A stretch of 64,000 nt of DNA. Source: Eledone cirrhosa (taxonomy: Eukaryota). The notes under the pieces are model-generated. The model did no database searches, was not told the origin of the DNA, and was given only the letters and a program-made list of their open reading frames with translations. The stretch is taken from positions 14,756,001 to 14,820,000 of the forward strand of contig OZ024741.1 of NCBI GenBank assembly GCA_964016885.1, in the 5' to 3' direction. The translations under genes and the position numbers were made by a program. Below, piece by piece: positions 1 to 13,171 of the stretch; the first letter of the stretch is position 1; every line of letters begins with the position of its first letter.

Positions 1-360
1 GGTACTCTATGTTTAATCCGGCAGTATAAGTTATCTACATTGAATTTCGCGCATCAAATTTCGTAAATTTAATCAAGCGCTCTAAATTGTATCTTTAATC
101 CGGCACTCCAGGTTATCTACATTTAATCCGGCATTTTGAGCTTTGTACATGTCATCGAGTGCTGTAAGCTTTTACGTTTAATCTGGCAGTATAGATTATC
201 CACATTTAATCCGGCAGTGTTGATTATCCATATTTAATGCGGCAGTGTAGATTATCCACATTTAGCCGTGCAGTGTAGATTATCCACATTTAATCCGGCA
301 GTGTAGATTATCCATATTTAATCCGGCACAATTTTGATTTGTAAAGTTTAACCGACATTT
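1..360. repeat. Degenerate ~28-bp tandem repeat (TTTAATCCGGCAGTGTAGATTATCCACA)
   Basis: About 10 diverged copies, best conserved at 205-330; runs off the window start. Confidence 0.8.
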
Positions 361-555
361 AAAGCTTTGCTCACTATATTTTATATCATGTAAAAATATA
401 TTAAGATATATGATATTTTATTAAGATCTAACAGTGGTACTCACTGTGTATGGTGGTGGGATGAAGGGGGAGTCAATTTAGTCTGCTTTAATATTTAGCA
501 GATAATTTATTCTATTCAATCTGAGAAGATGAATAACAAAGTTGATCCCAGCGGA

Positions 556-653
556 GGCCCATCGGGCCGGTGCTTAACCCGTTTCCCGTAGTGTGAAAGG
601 ACTGAGATTACCAGAATAGCCGCTAAACAGGACAGCAGTCCATCACAGGTTAA
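556..653 (-). mobile_element. 3' half of a tRNA-derived SINE (same family as 7102-7380)
   Basis: Reverse complement gives TAACCTGTGATGGACTG...CACTACGGGAAACGGGTTAAGCACCGGCCCGATGGG, matching the 7260-7355 segment. Confidence 0.65.
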
Positions 654-679
654 AATCATATATATATATATATATATGC

Positions 680-955
680 AGAGGTTATATTTAATTTGTT
701 GGGATTCAACAAGCTTAACATTTTTTATAACTTATATAAAGCACTCAACAATGTAGTGGAGTAAATATACAATATATTAACAAATGGAAACTATATTTAT
801 AAAACCATATTTATTTTATTATACATATTTCAAGGGCCACCAAGGCAAATTATGGTGCGCTTTTCTCAGATAAAATACAATACAGATTTGTTTTATAAAT
901 AAATATTGACATAGCCTGAAAAAAGACAACCTTAACGGTTGGAGCTTCAACCAAA
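680..955 (-). mobile_element. Non-coding PLE-derived mini-element with degenerate HHR (814-875, core CUGAGAA)
   Basis: Homologous to 13410-13763, 46920-47283, 37865-37980 and 58740-58905; flanked by (TA)n. Confidence 0.7.
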
Positions 956-1051
956 TATATATATATTTGATTAACCAACTTTTCTTTACTTATATATATA
1001 TATATATTATTCAATTAAAGGAAAGTTGGTTATCAAATAATCTGCCGACTT

Positions 1052-1120
1052 TAGATGAGGAGAACACGTCAATTAGTTATTATGCAATCACTTTGACGTC
1101 TTCGAAATACGTATAACAGG
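1052..1120 (+). ncRNA. Degenerate type I hammerhead remnant
   Basis: TAGATGA, stem II GGAG..ACGTCAA/TTGACGT-CTTC, GAAA, palindromic TACGTA, TA; stem I not convincing. Confidence 0.4.
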
Positions 1121-1165
1121 GTTATACCATAAATAGAAGATGTACATTTAAAACTATCTCTGTTC

Positions 1166-1283
<118 letters not shown>

Positions 1284-1554
1284 TATATATACATATATAT
1301 ATATAAATAGATATACACATAAGTTATATGTGTATATTTGCATTTATTTACAACACTATTTAACACAGCTTCCCATACACACACGCACACACACACTCAC
1401 AAACAAACCCACACATCAACACACACACACACACACGATATGCTGTTCCAAATTTTACTGTCAGTTTATTGCCGTTTGTTACATGTATGAATGGCTAATA
1501 AACACTTGCACACGTTAATACGTCACATGTGCTCTCGTCGTACACACCACACAC

Positions 1555-1901
1555 ACAGCTGCACACTGGTCGCTACACACACACACACACACAGCTGCAC
1601 ACTGGTCGCTACACACACACACACACACACAGCTGCACACTGGTCGCTACACACACACACACACAGCTGCACACTGGTCGCTACACACACAAACACACAC
1701 ACAGCTGCACACTGGTCGCTACACACACACACACACAGCTGCACACTGGTCGCTACACACACACACACACACACAGCTGCACACTGGTCGCTACACACAC
1801 ACACACACAGCTGCTCACTGGTTGCTACACACACACACACACATCTGCTCACTGGTCGCTACACACACACACACACACACACAGCTGCTCACTGGTTGCT
1901 A
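1555..1901. repeat. Minisatellite: 10 x CAGCTGCACACTGGTCGCTA + variable (CA)n
   Basis: Units at about 1556, 1592, 1630, 1664, 1702, 1736, 1774, 1808, 1843 and 1882. Confidence 0.95.
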
Positions 1902-2549
1902 CACACACACACACACTCTCATCCTCCCATACACACACACATCTACTCACCGGCGGTCACACGCACTCAACCACTCATACACACACACTCAACCACACAT
2001 GCACACACTCAACGACACATACACACATACACACACACACACTCAACCACTCATACACACACACCCAACCACACATACACACACACTGAACCACACATAC
2101 ACACACACTGAACCACACATACACACACATTCAACCACTCATACACACACACTCTTGCACATATACATACACACACACACAGGCACACATCTACACACCG
2201 GCGGCCACACTCACACACACATATACATGTACATACACACACATATATATATACACATATATATATATACACACATATATTTATACACATATATTTATAC
2301 ACATGTGTTAAACTGGGGTGGAGAGTTCGTGTCGAGGCTATGATATACTTGCCATTATATATACACACATATATACACACATATATACACATATATATAC
2401 ACACATATATACACATATATATACACACATATATACACACGTATATACACACATATATATACACTTGCAATTATACGCAAGGTTATGAAGATGTATTTCA
2501 AACACATGCACACACACGTGTATGTTCACATAAACCTGCCATATATACA

Positions 2550-2978
2550 CACGTGTGTGTGTGTGTGTGTGTGTCAGTGTGTGTGTCAGTGTCAGTGTGT
2601 GTCTGTGTGTGTGTGTGTGTGTGTGTGAGTGTGTGTGTCTGTGTGTGTGTGTGTGTCTGTGTGTGTGAGTGTGTGTGTCAGAGTGTGTATCTGTGTGTGT
2701 GAGTGTGTGTGTCAGCGTGTATGGCTGTGTGTGTATCCGTGTGTGTGTCTGTATGAGTGTGTGAGTGTGTGTGTCAGTGTGTTTCTGTCTGTGTGTCTGT
2801 GTCTGTGTCTGTGTGTCAGTGTGTGTGTCTGTGTGTCTGTGTGTGTCTGTATCTGTGTGTGTGTCTGTGTGAGTGCGTGAGTGTATGAGTGTGTGTGTCA
2901 GTGTGTGTCTGTCTGTGTGTCTGTGTGTGTGTGAGTGTGTGTGTCTGTGTGTGTCTGTGTCTGTGTGTGAGTGTGTGC
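2550..2978. repeat. Degenerate (TG)n microsatellite
   Basis: Direct reading. Confidence 0.95.
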
Positions 2979-3120
2979 CTGTTCCCTATCATTTACACGT
3001 GCACTCTCATGCACTTACATACGCATATACACACTACACGCACACATAAACACACGTGCATACATACACATCATACACACATTTAATGGCGTTGTCGGAT
3101 AGACAAGTGTTGTCGACGCT

Positions 3121-3139
3121 TGACAGCAGGGGGCGCTAT
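3121..3139 (+). promoter_or_regulatory. Candidate CTCF binding site
   Basis: TGACAGCAGGGGGCGCTAT closely matches the CTCF core CCASYAGRKGGCRS, in a unique island. Confidence 0.55.
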
Positions 3140-3240
3140 CAGCTACACATTTATTGTCTGACACTCACTTCCTAATTAAGTTGTTTAGTGAGGTAAGGGT
3201 GGGGAAGGAGATGGAGGAATGATGTCAGCGGGATTGAGTT

Positions 3241-3439
3241 GTGATGATGACAGTGGTGATGGTGGTGGTGGTGATGGTCATGGTGGTGGAGTTGTGGTTT
3301 GTAGTGATGGTGGTGATGGTGGTGGTATTAGTGGTGGTAGTAGTGATGGTGGTGGTGGTGGTATTAGTAGTGGTAGTGGTGGTGGTAGTAGTGGTGGTGG
3401 TGGTGGAGGTGGTGGTGGTAGTATTAGTAGTGGTGATGT

Positions 3440-3483
<44 letters not shown>

Positions 3484-3528
3484 ATGGTAGTAGCGGTGGT
3501 GGTATTAGTAGTAGTGGTGATGTTGGCG

Positions 3529-3595
<67 letters not shown>

Positions 3596-3720
3596 TAGTA
3601 GTAGTAGCGGTGGTGGTAGTAGTAGTAGTAGTGATGTTGGCGGTAGTAGTAGTAGTAGTAATAGTAGTAGTAGTAATGGTAGTAGCGGTGGTGGTAGTAG
3701 TAGTGGTGGTAGCATTAGCA
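3241..3720. repeat. (GGT)n/(AGT)n compound trinucleotide repeat
   Basis: Direct reading; the Gly/Ser and Val ORFs are by-products. Confidence 0.95.
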
Positions 3721-3957
3721 AGGAAGGGTTAAATGGATAGAAGGGTGAGTGGTGTGGGAGTAAAATGATGGCGGCGAGAGTTAAAGAGGGTGGGACGTTC
3801 CTGTCAGCACTTCAACACAGAGACACGTGACCGGAGGTGTGGGAGGAGGAATATTACTATTGAATAAACAGTTGGACATTGAGATAACCAGACAGATAGA
3901 CAGATAGACAGATAGATAGACAGATAGACAGACAGATAGACAGACAGATAGACAGAT

Positions 3958-4210
3958 ATGTTTCTTTATTAGCCACAGGGGCACAAAAGAAGGGGACAAA
4001 TACAAAGGGGGAAGTTTACATACAATAAAAACGTGTAAAATATTATCACAAATGCAATTTAAAAATTAATCGATTTTTCCCCAATAGGGGGAGACATTAC
4101 ATATGGGTAACACATACCCCCGAAAAAAAATGTGCAACCCTCATCTCCAGGAGTACGAAGAGTTTGTACTCCTTTCCTCTCCTCCTCTTTTTCCTCAACC
4201 TACAGGCTGA
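3958..4210 (-). mobile_element. 3'-terminal remnant of the Tx1-like LINE in (GATA/GACA)n
   Basis: Matches the 3' UTR and stop region of 51898-52140 (TTTCTTTATTAGCCAC..., CCCCAATAGGGGG, TCAACCTACAGGCT); GATA repeats on both sides. Confidence 0.85.
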
Positions 4211-4329
4211 TATAGAGATAGATAGATAGAACGATAGATAGATAGATAGACAGAGAGAAAGATAGACTGATAGGGATACAAAGTTATATAACAAACCGGC
4301 AACCCAGCCAACCATCCATTTATCCAGTC

Positions 4330-4950
4330 ACCTAAACAGCCAGCCAGCCATCAAGCCCTCAATCCAATCAACCAACCAGCCAACTAACCAGCCAACCAAC
4401 CAGCCAACCAACCAACCAACCAGCCAACCAACCAACCAACCAACCAGCCAAAAAACCAACCAACCAACCAACCAGCCAACCAACCAGCCAACCAACCAAC
4501 AACCAGCCAACCAACCAACCAGCCAACCAACCAGCCAACCAACCAACCAACCAGACAACCAACCAACCAGCCAACCAACCAACCAGCCAACCAACCAGCC
4601 AACCAACCAACCAACCAGCCAATCAACCAACAAACTAACCAACCAGCCAACCAACCAGCCAACCAGCCAACCAACCAACCAACCAACCAGCCAACCAGCC
4701 AACCAACCAACCAACCAACCATCCAACCAGCCAACCAACCAACCAACCAACCAGCCAACCAACCAGCCAACCAGCCAGCCAACCAGCCAACCAGCCAACC
4801 AACCAACCAGCCAACCAACCAACCAACCAACCAACCAGCCAACCAACCAGCCAACCAGCCAGCCAACCAGCCAACCAGCCAACCAACCAACCACCCAACC
4901 AACCAACCAACCAGCCAACCAACCAGCCAGCCAACCAGCCAACCAGACAG
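4330..4950. repeat. (CCAA/CCAG)n tetranucleotide repeat
   Basis: Direct reading. Confidence 0.95.
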
Positions 4951-5977
4951 ACACCTAAATATGGAACTCCAGATTGACAGAATACTCAGATGTTAAAATA
5001 TTCTGATTTAACAACAAAAATAAAATGTTCCAACGACCGGTTTGATCGTAAATCGAATTGGTCGATAAACGAACTCCTCATTTAGTAGACAGCCTCACTT
5101 CCTTCATCTTGGTCCGTATGGTACACCCGTAACACTATCTTAGGTGTAGAATCTGTCACCCTCTCCCCTCCCACCTCTTTTTTGTCACTTAATAGTCCTT
5201 GCTCTGTCTCTCCTTTCCTCTCATAGCATTTATAGTCCTTTCCAATACTACTTTCTTTTTCTATATATTTAACTAAATATTAAATTCTTTATTATTTTTA
5301 TGTAATTTTATGCTTGTAATATATTTGAGTCTTTTGAAATAAAATTGTCGTAAAATATATTTTGGTGTTGTTTTAATGTCACCCGAGAGGTGATAGAGTC
5401 CACGAGAGAATGAAAAGTTACCAAGTGACAATTTTATATTTAAATAAATTATCTGAATCTAATTGATGGTAGGAGCTGTCATTATGTTGGTAGTAAACAG
5501 TAGGACGATGACACCGAGATACAAATAGCTGATGACTCGTCCACGATACTCCTAAATATCGGAATAAACAATATGATAAAGGTCTAATGGAAATACTATT
5601 GTACAGCGTCTGATGGAGGTCAAAGATGAGCGTCACATACAATGAAGTGTCGTTAAGCCAGAGATATTGTATCTTCATTTGTTTATTTATTTAAATTAAA
5701 CGTCCGTATAGAGCTAGTTAGATATGGTAGACTAGGGGAAGTATCGAGTACTCCTAACAGTTGGTAATCAAAAAGAACTAAAGAGATAAATGACAAAAAA
5801 TAAAAAAGGAAAAATTAAAAAATAACATTTCCGGTATTGAAGGAGGCCAATGAGAGGTAGATTATGTCAAGAAAACGAGAAAGAAAAGGAAAATAGGAAA
5901 CAAGGGAAGCTGAAAAACAGCAGCTTCTCTTGTTGAATATTTTCCTATCTTCCATGTACTAAAAGACTTTGCTTATA

Positions 5978-6582
5978 CAGTGGTACCTTGACTTACGAGT
6001 TTAATTATTTCCGCGACGGAGCTCGTAACTCAAATTACTCTATGTCGAAGTACCTGGGGTCTGCTGCAGCAAATCAGCGTAAATAGCTCGTGCCTTCACG
6101 TAGATTATAGCCTCCGTCACGGTATCTCCTGCGAGCTGCTTCTCCGTCAACCACACTATCAGCAGCTTTTCCATATTTTCATGGATAGATGTCCGTTGTT
6201 TAGAAATTATTTTAACTCTCTTGGCTGGTATTATAGCCTTTATCGGCTCCTTCTGCTTCAGTATGGTGCAGATCGTAAAAGTGCTACATTCGTACTGCTT
6301 CGCCAAGTCGACTACACGCATACCATGGTCGTTTTTCGATAATTTCTTTCTTTAATTTAATGCACATCATCCGTTTCTTCTTCTCAGTGCTGTCTTTCGC
6401 GCTCATTTTCTTCGGACTTATGGGATGCTTGGCGGATGTTACGACGTTCACTTCAGCGGTCGCTACGCCAACTAGCGGAGGGGTATCTGAAGCTGGCTCG
6501 TAACCCGAATTTTAGTTCGCAACTCGAAGCAAAAAATCGAAAAACTCGTTAGTTGGGACACTCGTAAGTCAAGGTACCATTG
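5978..6582 (-). mobile_element. Internally deleted pogo/Tigger DNA transposon
   Basis: TIRs CAGTGGTACCTTGACTTACGAG / CTCGTAAGTCAAGGTACCATTG with TA on both sides; frameshifted N-terminal CENP-B-type HTH transposase fragment (RVVDLAKQY...STFTICTILK...MEKLLIVWL.EKQLAGD) at about 6040-6420; no DDD domain. Confidence 0.9.
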
Positions 6583-6700
6583 TATTTGGTAGACCTTTAA
6601 CCATATATTAAACTTCCATTGTTGGTAGTTTTTTAAAGATTGGTTTCAATATAATCGTTAAATGAGGAACGATGCCACTACAGTGTTATCGTTACACATG

Positions 6701-7092
6701 ATATCTCGAATAATCGTCCCCACGGCCTCCCTTATCAATTGTTCAGACTTCCTCCACGCTCTTCTTCCACCCCACCGCATATTAGATTTTGCTAATCTAT
6801 CTCCAGTGAAATTTTATTTTAAGTGGTAGCATTCCTGCGACAATTAATTTTCTTTAGACATTAAAAAACATTATACATGACAAAAAAAGTACATTACTAG
6901 AAATTCCTAATTTTATCAAATAAATAGGATGCGTTGTGTCTCAATATGTAAACTAAACGTCTAATTCTGGTTTTTGCAAAAATCAAAGGAAACAACATAG
7001 GAAAATAACCAATTTTCCACCCATCGCTTATTCCAACTCCTCTGCGTATTCCAATCCTCACCCCCAGCTTATTCCACCCTACCACTATTATT
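6701..7092 (-). mobile_element. ~400-bp non-coding interspersed repeat (MITE-like); second copy at 33847-34247
   Basis: Reverse complement matches 33847-34247 over long stretches (AAAACCAGAATTAGACGTTTAGTTTACATATTGAGAC...ATTTCTAGTAATGTACTTTTTT). Confidence 0.75.
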
Positions 7093-7101
7093 TATATATA
7101 G

Positions 7102-7380
7102 TGGAGGCACGTGGCCTAGTGGTAAGGGTGTTAGACTTATGATCATAATGTCGTGGGTTCGATTCCTGGGTTGCATGCTGTATTGTTGAGCAAAACACTT
7201 CATTTCGCGTTGTTCCAGTATACTCAGATGAAAATGAGTACCAGCAATAGCTGGGGGATTTAACTCTGCGATGGACTGGAGTCCTGTCCAGGAGGAAGTC
7301 TTGTACTGTCAGTCGCTTCACGCTATGAAACCGGGATAAGCACTGGCCAAATGAGCCTTCTGGCTTAAGACAGACTTTAG
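7102..7380 (+). mobile_element. tRNA-derived SINE, full length (Meta/V-domain-like body)
   Basis: A box TGGCCTAGTGG, B box GGTTCGATTCC; body GCGATGGACTGGAGTCCTGTCCAGG and GCTATGAAACCGGGATAAGC; GACTTT tail. Confidence 0.8.
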
Positions 7381-8456
7381 ACTTTTTGGGGGGACCCGAG
7401 AGTACATGACTAGAGATACTGTGTAGCGTGGTTGTTAAAAGAAGAGCAGCTCTGTTTAGTGTAGTCGTTAACGGAGGAAGAGGCTGTATGGTGTATTAGT
7501 TAACTAAGGGATTTCACAGTATAATATAGTCGTTAAGTGAGTAGTGCAGTATAATGTGTTCGTTAAATGAGGAATTAGCCGTTAAGTAAGGAACGGGTCT
7601 GTATAGTAGAACAATTATACGTAGCACATACTTTTATGAACAACATATTCAGCAGTAGCAACAGAACCACCACCAACCCCACAACATAAACATCACCACC
7701 ATCCATACCAACACCATCACCATCACCACCACCCCTAACACCACCACCAACACCACCACCACCCCTAACACCACCATCATCACCACCACCAACACCACAC
7801 TTCCCCGCAACATAACACCACCACCATCACCATCACCCTAACACTAGCACTATCATCACCACCACCATCACCACCAGCTCTAACACAACCACCACCATTA
7901 GTGGTATTACAACAACATAAATACAACCATTGAACAGCCAATACTATGACCTCTCGCTTAGTTCTAACCTCACCACCACCACCACCACCTCTACAGCCAC
8001 CAACACAACCAACACCACCACCACAACCAGCACCACCACAACAACAACCACCACCACCACAACAACAACACCAACATCAACAACAAATTAATCCAAGGGG
8101 TTATGTAACAGCTGGTGGTCTGTAAAGTTGAACAAAGACAAAAAGACGAACAAAAACATGTACATCCTATAACAACAACAACAACAATATCATCATCATC
8201 ATCCTCATGAACAACAACAACAACAGCATCATGAAGGCCTGAAAGGGGTCATTCATGGATATTACTTGGCTGATTAAACAAAAAACTAAGAAGAGAAAAG
8301 CAACATCTACGACTAGGAGGATGTGACAGTAATAGATGAGAATAGAATAGAGATGTGACTGTATCTAGTTGTATTGTTGGACCTCCAATGATGTCACCTT
8401 AGCTTATTCAGTATACACACTCATAATGTTGTATAGCTTCGTATGTGTGCAAGTGG

Positions 8457-8516
<60 letters not shown>

Positions 8517-8752
8517 TGTATATTGTTATATTTGGGGAGGGTCATATTGTGGTAATAATATTGCCAGAAATAATAGCATAACACACTGTTTGGTTGGTTT
8601 TCGCTTCTGTATCTTTTATATCTCCACAGTTAATTCATTTGGCATTTGGTTCTCAATGTTTACCATTGACTGACCAACGGTCAAAAATACAGATATAATA
8701 TAGATATAAACACGATTTCATATAAAAAAAACCTCGCAAAACAAATGTATTC

Positions 8753-8812
<60 letters not shown>

Positions 8813-8910
8813 ATACTTGGGGAGGGTCACATATATATATATATATAGCGGATCCTCAGCTCGTAATGGTCATGGTTATACGGAACCTATTACCATGTCC
8901 ATTACGAGCA

Positions 8911-8995
<85 letters not shown>

Positions 8996-8997
<2 letters not shown>

Positions 8998-9435
8998 CGT
9001 TTCTGAATTTGTTTAGCAAGATTCTTTATCTGAAATCGTGTGTTGAAACCGATATTGTTATACTTTGGGAGGGTCATGTTGCCAATAAGAAACACACGCA
9101 CCAGTTGATTTCACTTCAATTTATTATACATTTATAAATTTATAAATTTATAAATCTATAAATTTCTGGTTGGTTGGTTGGTTCCACAACCAGATAGTTG
9201 TTTATATATAGTCATAGTTCTTTCGTCACACACTCTGTGACCTCTTCAGTGACTGGGGATTCCTTTATATATATGACTATATATAAACAACTATCTGGTT
9301 GTGGAACCAACCAACCAACCAGAAATTTATAGCTTTATAAATTTATAAATGTATAAATGTATAATAAATTGAAGTGAAAGCAACTGGTGCGTGTGTTTCT
9401 TATTGGCAACATGACCCTCCCAAAGTATAACAATA
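8996..9435 (-). mobile_element. PLE-derived fold-back mini-element (arms 9052-9215 / 9272-9435)
   Basis: Same sequence as the 3' end of the GIY-YIG-bearing PLE fragment at 44995-45752; HHR in the loop; (TA)n both sides. Confidence 0.85.
9210..9254 (-). ncRNA. Type I hammerhead ribozyme, canonical core
   Basis: AGTCA CTGAAGA G-GTCACA-GAG-TGTGTGAC GAAA GAAC TA TGACT; stem I AGTCA/TGACT. Confidence 0.85.
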
Positions 9436-9460
9436 TATATATATATATATATTTATATAT

Positions 9461-9500
<40 letters not shown>

Positions 9501-9580
9501 AAAAAAAATATATACGAATACATTTGTTTTGCGAGGTTTTTTAAGTGCTCATATTAGAAGGCTGGTTTGAGACCTTTATT

Positions 9581-9618
9581 TCCCTCTGAAGAAGAGATAT
9601 TATCTCGAAAATTAAGGA
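9581..9618 (+). ncRNA. Minimal type I hammerhead; second copy with CCGAAGA core at 43596-43633
   Basis: CCT CTGAAGA A-GAGAT-ATT-ATCTC GAAA AT TA AGG, followed by AATAAA. Confidence 0.65.
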
Positions 9619-9782
9619 CATTTAAATAAATCTAAGGTAAAAGACGATCTGTCAACAATATCTTTTGCAATTGCATTCTTTTTTCTATGTCCATACCTGC
9701 ATTGTTTTGGCTTTATTATACATATTCAAACGTTTATACCTCATTACACAATGCTTCGAGTGAACTATAACTATAACCTCCT

Positions 9783-9830
<48 letters not shown>

Positions 9831-9946
9831 CATATATATTGATATATATATGTGTGTGTGTGTCTGTGGATATTTGATAGCGTGTGTATGTGCGAGTGTA
9901 TTTTCATATTTGTATGATATCAGCACAATATAAAAATATAAGTATA

Positions 9947-10063
<117 letters not shown>

Positions 10064-10074
10064 TGTGTGTGTAT

Positions 10075-10700
10075 TTATGATGACATGAGAGCATGGGTTT
10101 GTGTCAATGGTGAGCTCCTTGAACTATTCTCAGTTGAGTGAGGCGTGAAACAGCAGTAGCAGTACCACCAACACCACTACCAGCCTTGCTGTATGGATGT
10201 ATCATATGTACTGTGGCCATATACAGCACCTCCAATATTTCCACCAACAATGCTTGCACTCCTTCAAGACCTCGTGGTGATGTCATACACAAGTTACTGA
10301 AGTTCTGCAGCGGGCCAGTCTACCAAGCATCACGACCATGGTCAAGTCACATAGTACGACTAGAGGTCAGCAGAATCCCCAAACAAGTATTGTATGGAGA
10401 ACTGTTGCCAGGCAAACAACTATAGTGTAGGCCCCACAAACAAAGACTAGAGGTAAAACACCCGGAAGAAGGGCAACATCAACCCGGAAGAAGGGCAACA
10501 TCAACTCGGAAGAAGGGCAACATCAACTTGGAAGAAGGACAACCCCAACCCGGAAGAAGGGCAACATCAACCCGGAAGAAGGGCAACATCAACTCGGAAG
10601 AAGGGCAACATCAACTTGGAAGAAGGACAACCTCAACTCGGAACATGGGGAAATCTTGCAACAGAGTCAAATGGTGATATCTGATTTCTAATGGTGTTAA
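10075..10700 (+). mobile_element. Heavily deleted RTE-clade LINE remnant
   Basis: Peptide relics YDDMRAWVCVNGELLELFSVE*GVKQ, LPALLYGC and SHIVRLEVSRIPKQVLYGEL resemble the RT and C-terminal regions of RTE ORFs. Confidence 0.7.
10461..10642. repeat. 22-bp minisatellite (AACCCGGAAGAAGGGCAACATC) x8, as two higher-order 4-mers
   Basis: Variant order CCC, CCC, CTC, CTT occurs twice. Confidence 0.95.
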
Positions 10701-10756
10701 GGAATTTGAAAAGAATATTGAGGCCAATGCTGTAGTGAGCATATAAATATATATAT

Positions 10757-10888
10757 TTAGGGCGTACAAGAAAAGGGGACAATACAAAGACATATGGAGG
10801 GGAGTTTACATACAGGCGTGTAAAACATTTTAGCATACAAATTCAACAGTCGAAATCCCCATTAGGGGGCAGGCGTTACAAATGGGGT
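10757..10888 (-). mobile_element. 3' UTR remnant of the Tx1-like LINE
   Basis: Matches 51915-52042 (ACAAGAAAAGGGGACAATACAAAGACAT...GAAATCCCCATTAGGGGG). Confidence 0.8.
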
Positions 10889-11844
10889 GATTTATAGGGA
10901 GTGAAACAGTTCTAGTTCTGTAGAAGATATTTCTATTAAATATATTATCTACCCTCTCTACTTAATCTATTGAGTACTTTATTTAACTGTGGCCCCTTCC
11001 TGTTCCTCTTTGGAAAAACCATTCTTTACCACATATATGTGTGTGCTTATGTGTATGTGTCTGTATGTGTATGTGCGTGCGTGCGTATAAATGAATATGT
11101 GTGTATGTTTGACTGTGTTTGTGTTTGTGTATGTGTGTGCCCCGTATGTGTACGTCCGTGCGTATGCGTGTATATGTGTGTATGTTTGACTGTGTCTGTG
11201 CTTGTGTATGTGTGTATGGGTGGTGGTGGAGGGGTAGTGGGGGGGGGGTTATGCTGGTGGTTATAGTGGTGGTGATGGTAGTGATAATGGCGGTAGTGAT
11301 GGTAGTGATGGTGGTGGTAGTGGTGGTGGTGGCAGTGTTGTTGTTGCTGCTGTTGTAGTGTGTAATGAGTCGTAAGTTCCGCTGAAGATGAAGAAGACTG
11401 ATGTATTTCCAATGTGTCGATGGATTTGTCTGTGGAATATGTCTCCGGTTACGAAAAGGATCGCATGATATAGAGAGACTGAGATGGAGGTGGAGTGAAG
11501 GCGTGAGGGAGGGAGAGGGTAAGAGAAATGGAAGGGGTGACGGTGGGAGGTAGGGTAGGTGAGGTAAGGGGTGAGGGAAGGGGATAGTGAGTGAGTGAAG
11601 GAGCGTGGGAGGGAGTGAGGGGAGAAATGACGAGATTGACAAAAGAGGAACTGTGAAAAACATAGAAGAATGGAAGTATGTATGTGTGTATGTGTGTGTG
11701 TGCGTGTGTTTGTGTGTGACAGAGAGAGAGAGAGAGAGAGTCAGACAGACAAAGAGAATAAATGTATTTCCCTTTGATAATAATCTTTAGTTTAGGCCAG
11801 TAATTTGGGGAGAGTGGAAAGTCGATTAAATCGACCCCTGTTTT

Positions 11845-12101
11845 TGTTGTTGTTGTTGTTACAGCTCACACCTATGCAGGTTTAGCTGGCCTCCCCCAAG
11901 GTATATCTCGTTGGAGGTGTCTTGGGTAATTTAATGATAGGGACACCAGTCCTATCATCTCATTTCTACAGCTGAGTAAACTGGAGCAACGTGAAATAAA
12001 GTGTCTTGCTCAAGGAAACAACGCATCTCCCGGTCCGAGAATTGAAATTACAACCTTTCGATTGCAAGCCCAATGCTCTAACCACTAAGCCATGCGCCTT
12101 C
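11845..12101 (-). mobile_element. tRNA-derived SINE (head and body shared with 24828-25169, different tail)
   Basis: Head GGCGCATGGCTTAGTGGTTAGAGCATTGGGCTTGCAATCG; body CCTTGAGCAAGACACTTTATTTCAC; (AAC)n tail. Confidence 0.85.
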
Positions 12102-12534
12102 ATAACGAGCCCTGTACGTGGTATCTTATTTTATTGACTCCTTAAAGATGAAATATAAAGTTACCCTTGACGATATTTCATCTCAGAAATAAATTGGACC
12201 AAACACTGCTAGGTATTAGCTGGACACTCTAACGACGCTACCAACGCCACACCTGTAATAAGTTCTCACCTAGTCTCTGCAATTTATGGGAGGGGTGAAT
12301 TGATTATAGTTACTCCGGTATTTGACAGCAATTTTATTGTATCGATCCCGTAAAGATAAAAGGTTTAGTTGAGCTCAGCTGAAACCAGAAGAGCTGATAC
12401 AAATATTGCTAATCTTATAGCGGACACTCTGCCAATACACCACCTTAAATAGTTTCTAATTTTGGCACAAGTCCAGCAATTTGTTGTCAAATTGGCAAGC
12501 GCTCAGCCGTTGGGCCTCGACTCTCTAGTGTGTT

Positions 12535-13170
<636 letters not shown>

Positions 13171-13171
13171 A

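Noticed and set aside
1555-1901. CRISPR array
   Set aside because: Spacers are only (CA)n, there are no cas genes, and the context is eukaryotic.
3219-3740. Gly/Ser-rich structural protein ORF
   Set aside because: Pure (GGT)/(AGT) repeat like 39290-39990; no signal peptide or codon diversity.
5529-5550. CTGATGA followed by a small hairpin (possible hammerhead)
   Set aside because: No GAAA box or stem I partner.
7102-7170. tRNA genes at SINE heads (also 12030-12101, 25100-25169)
   Set aside because: No acceptor-stem closure or poly-T terminator; they continue into SINE bodies.
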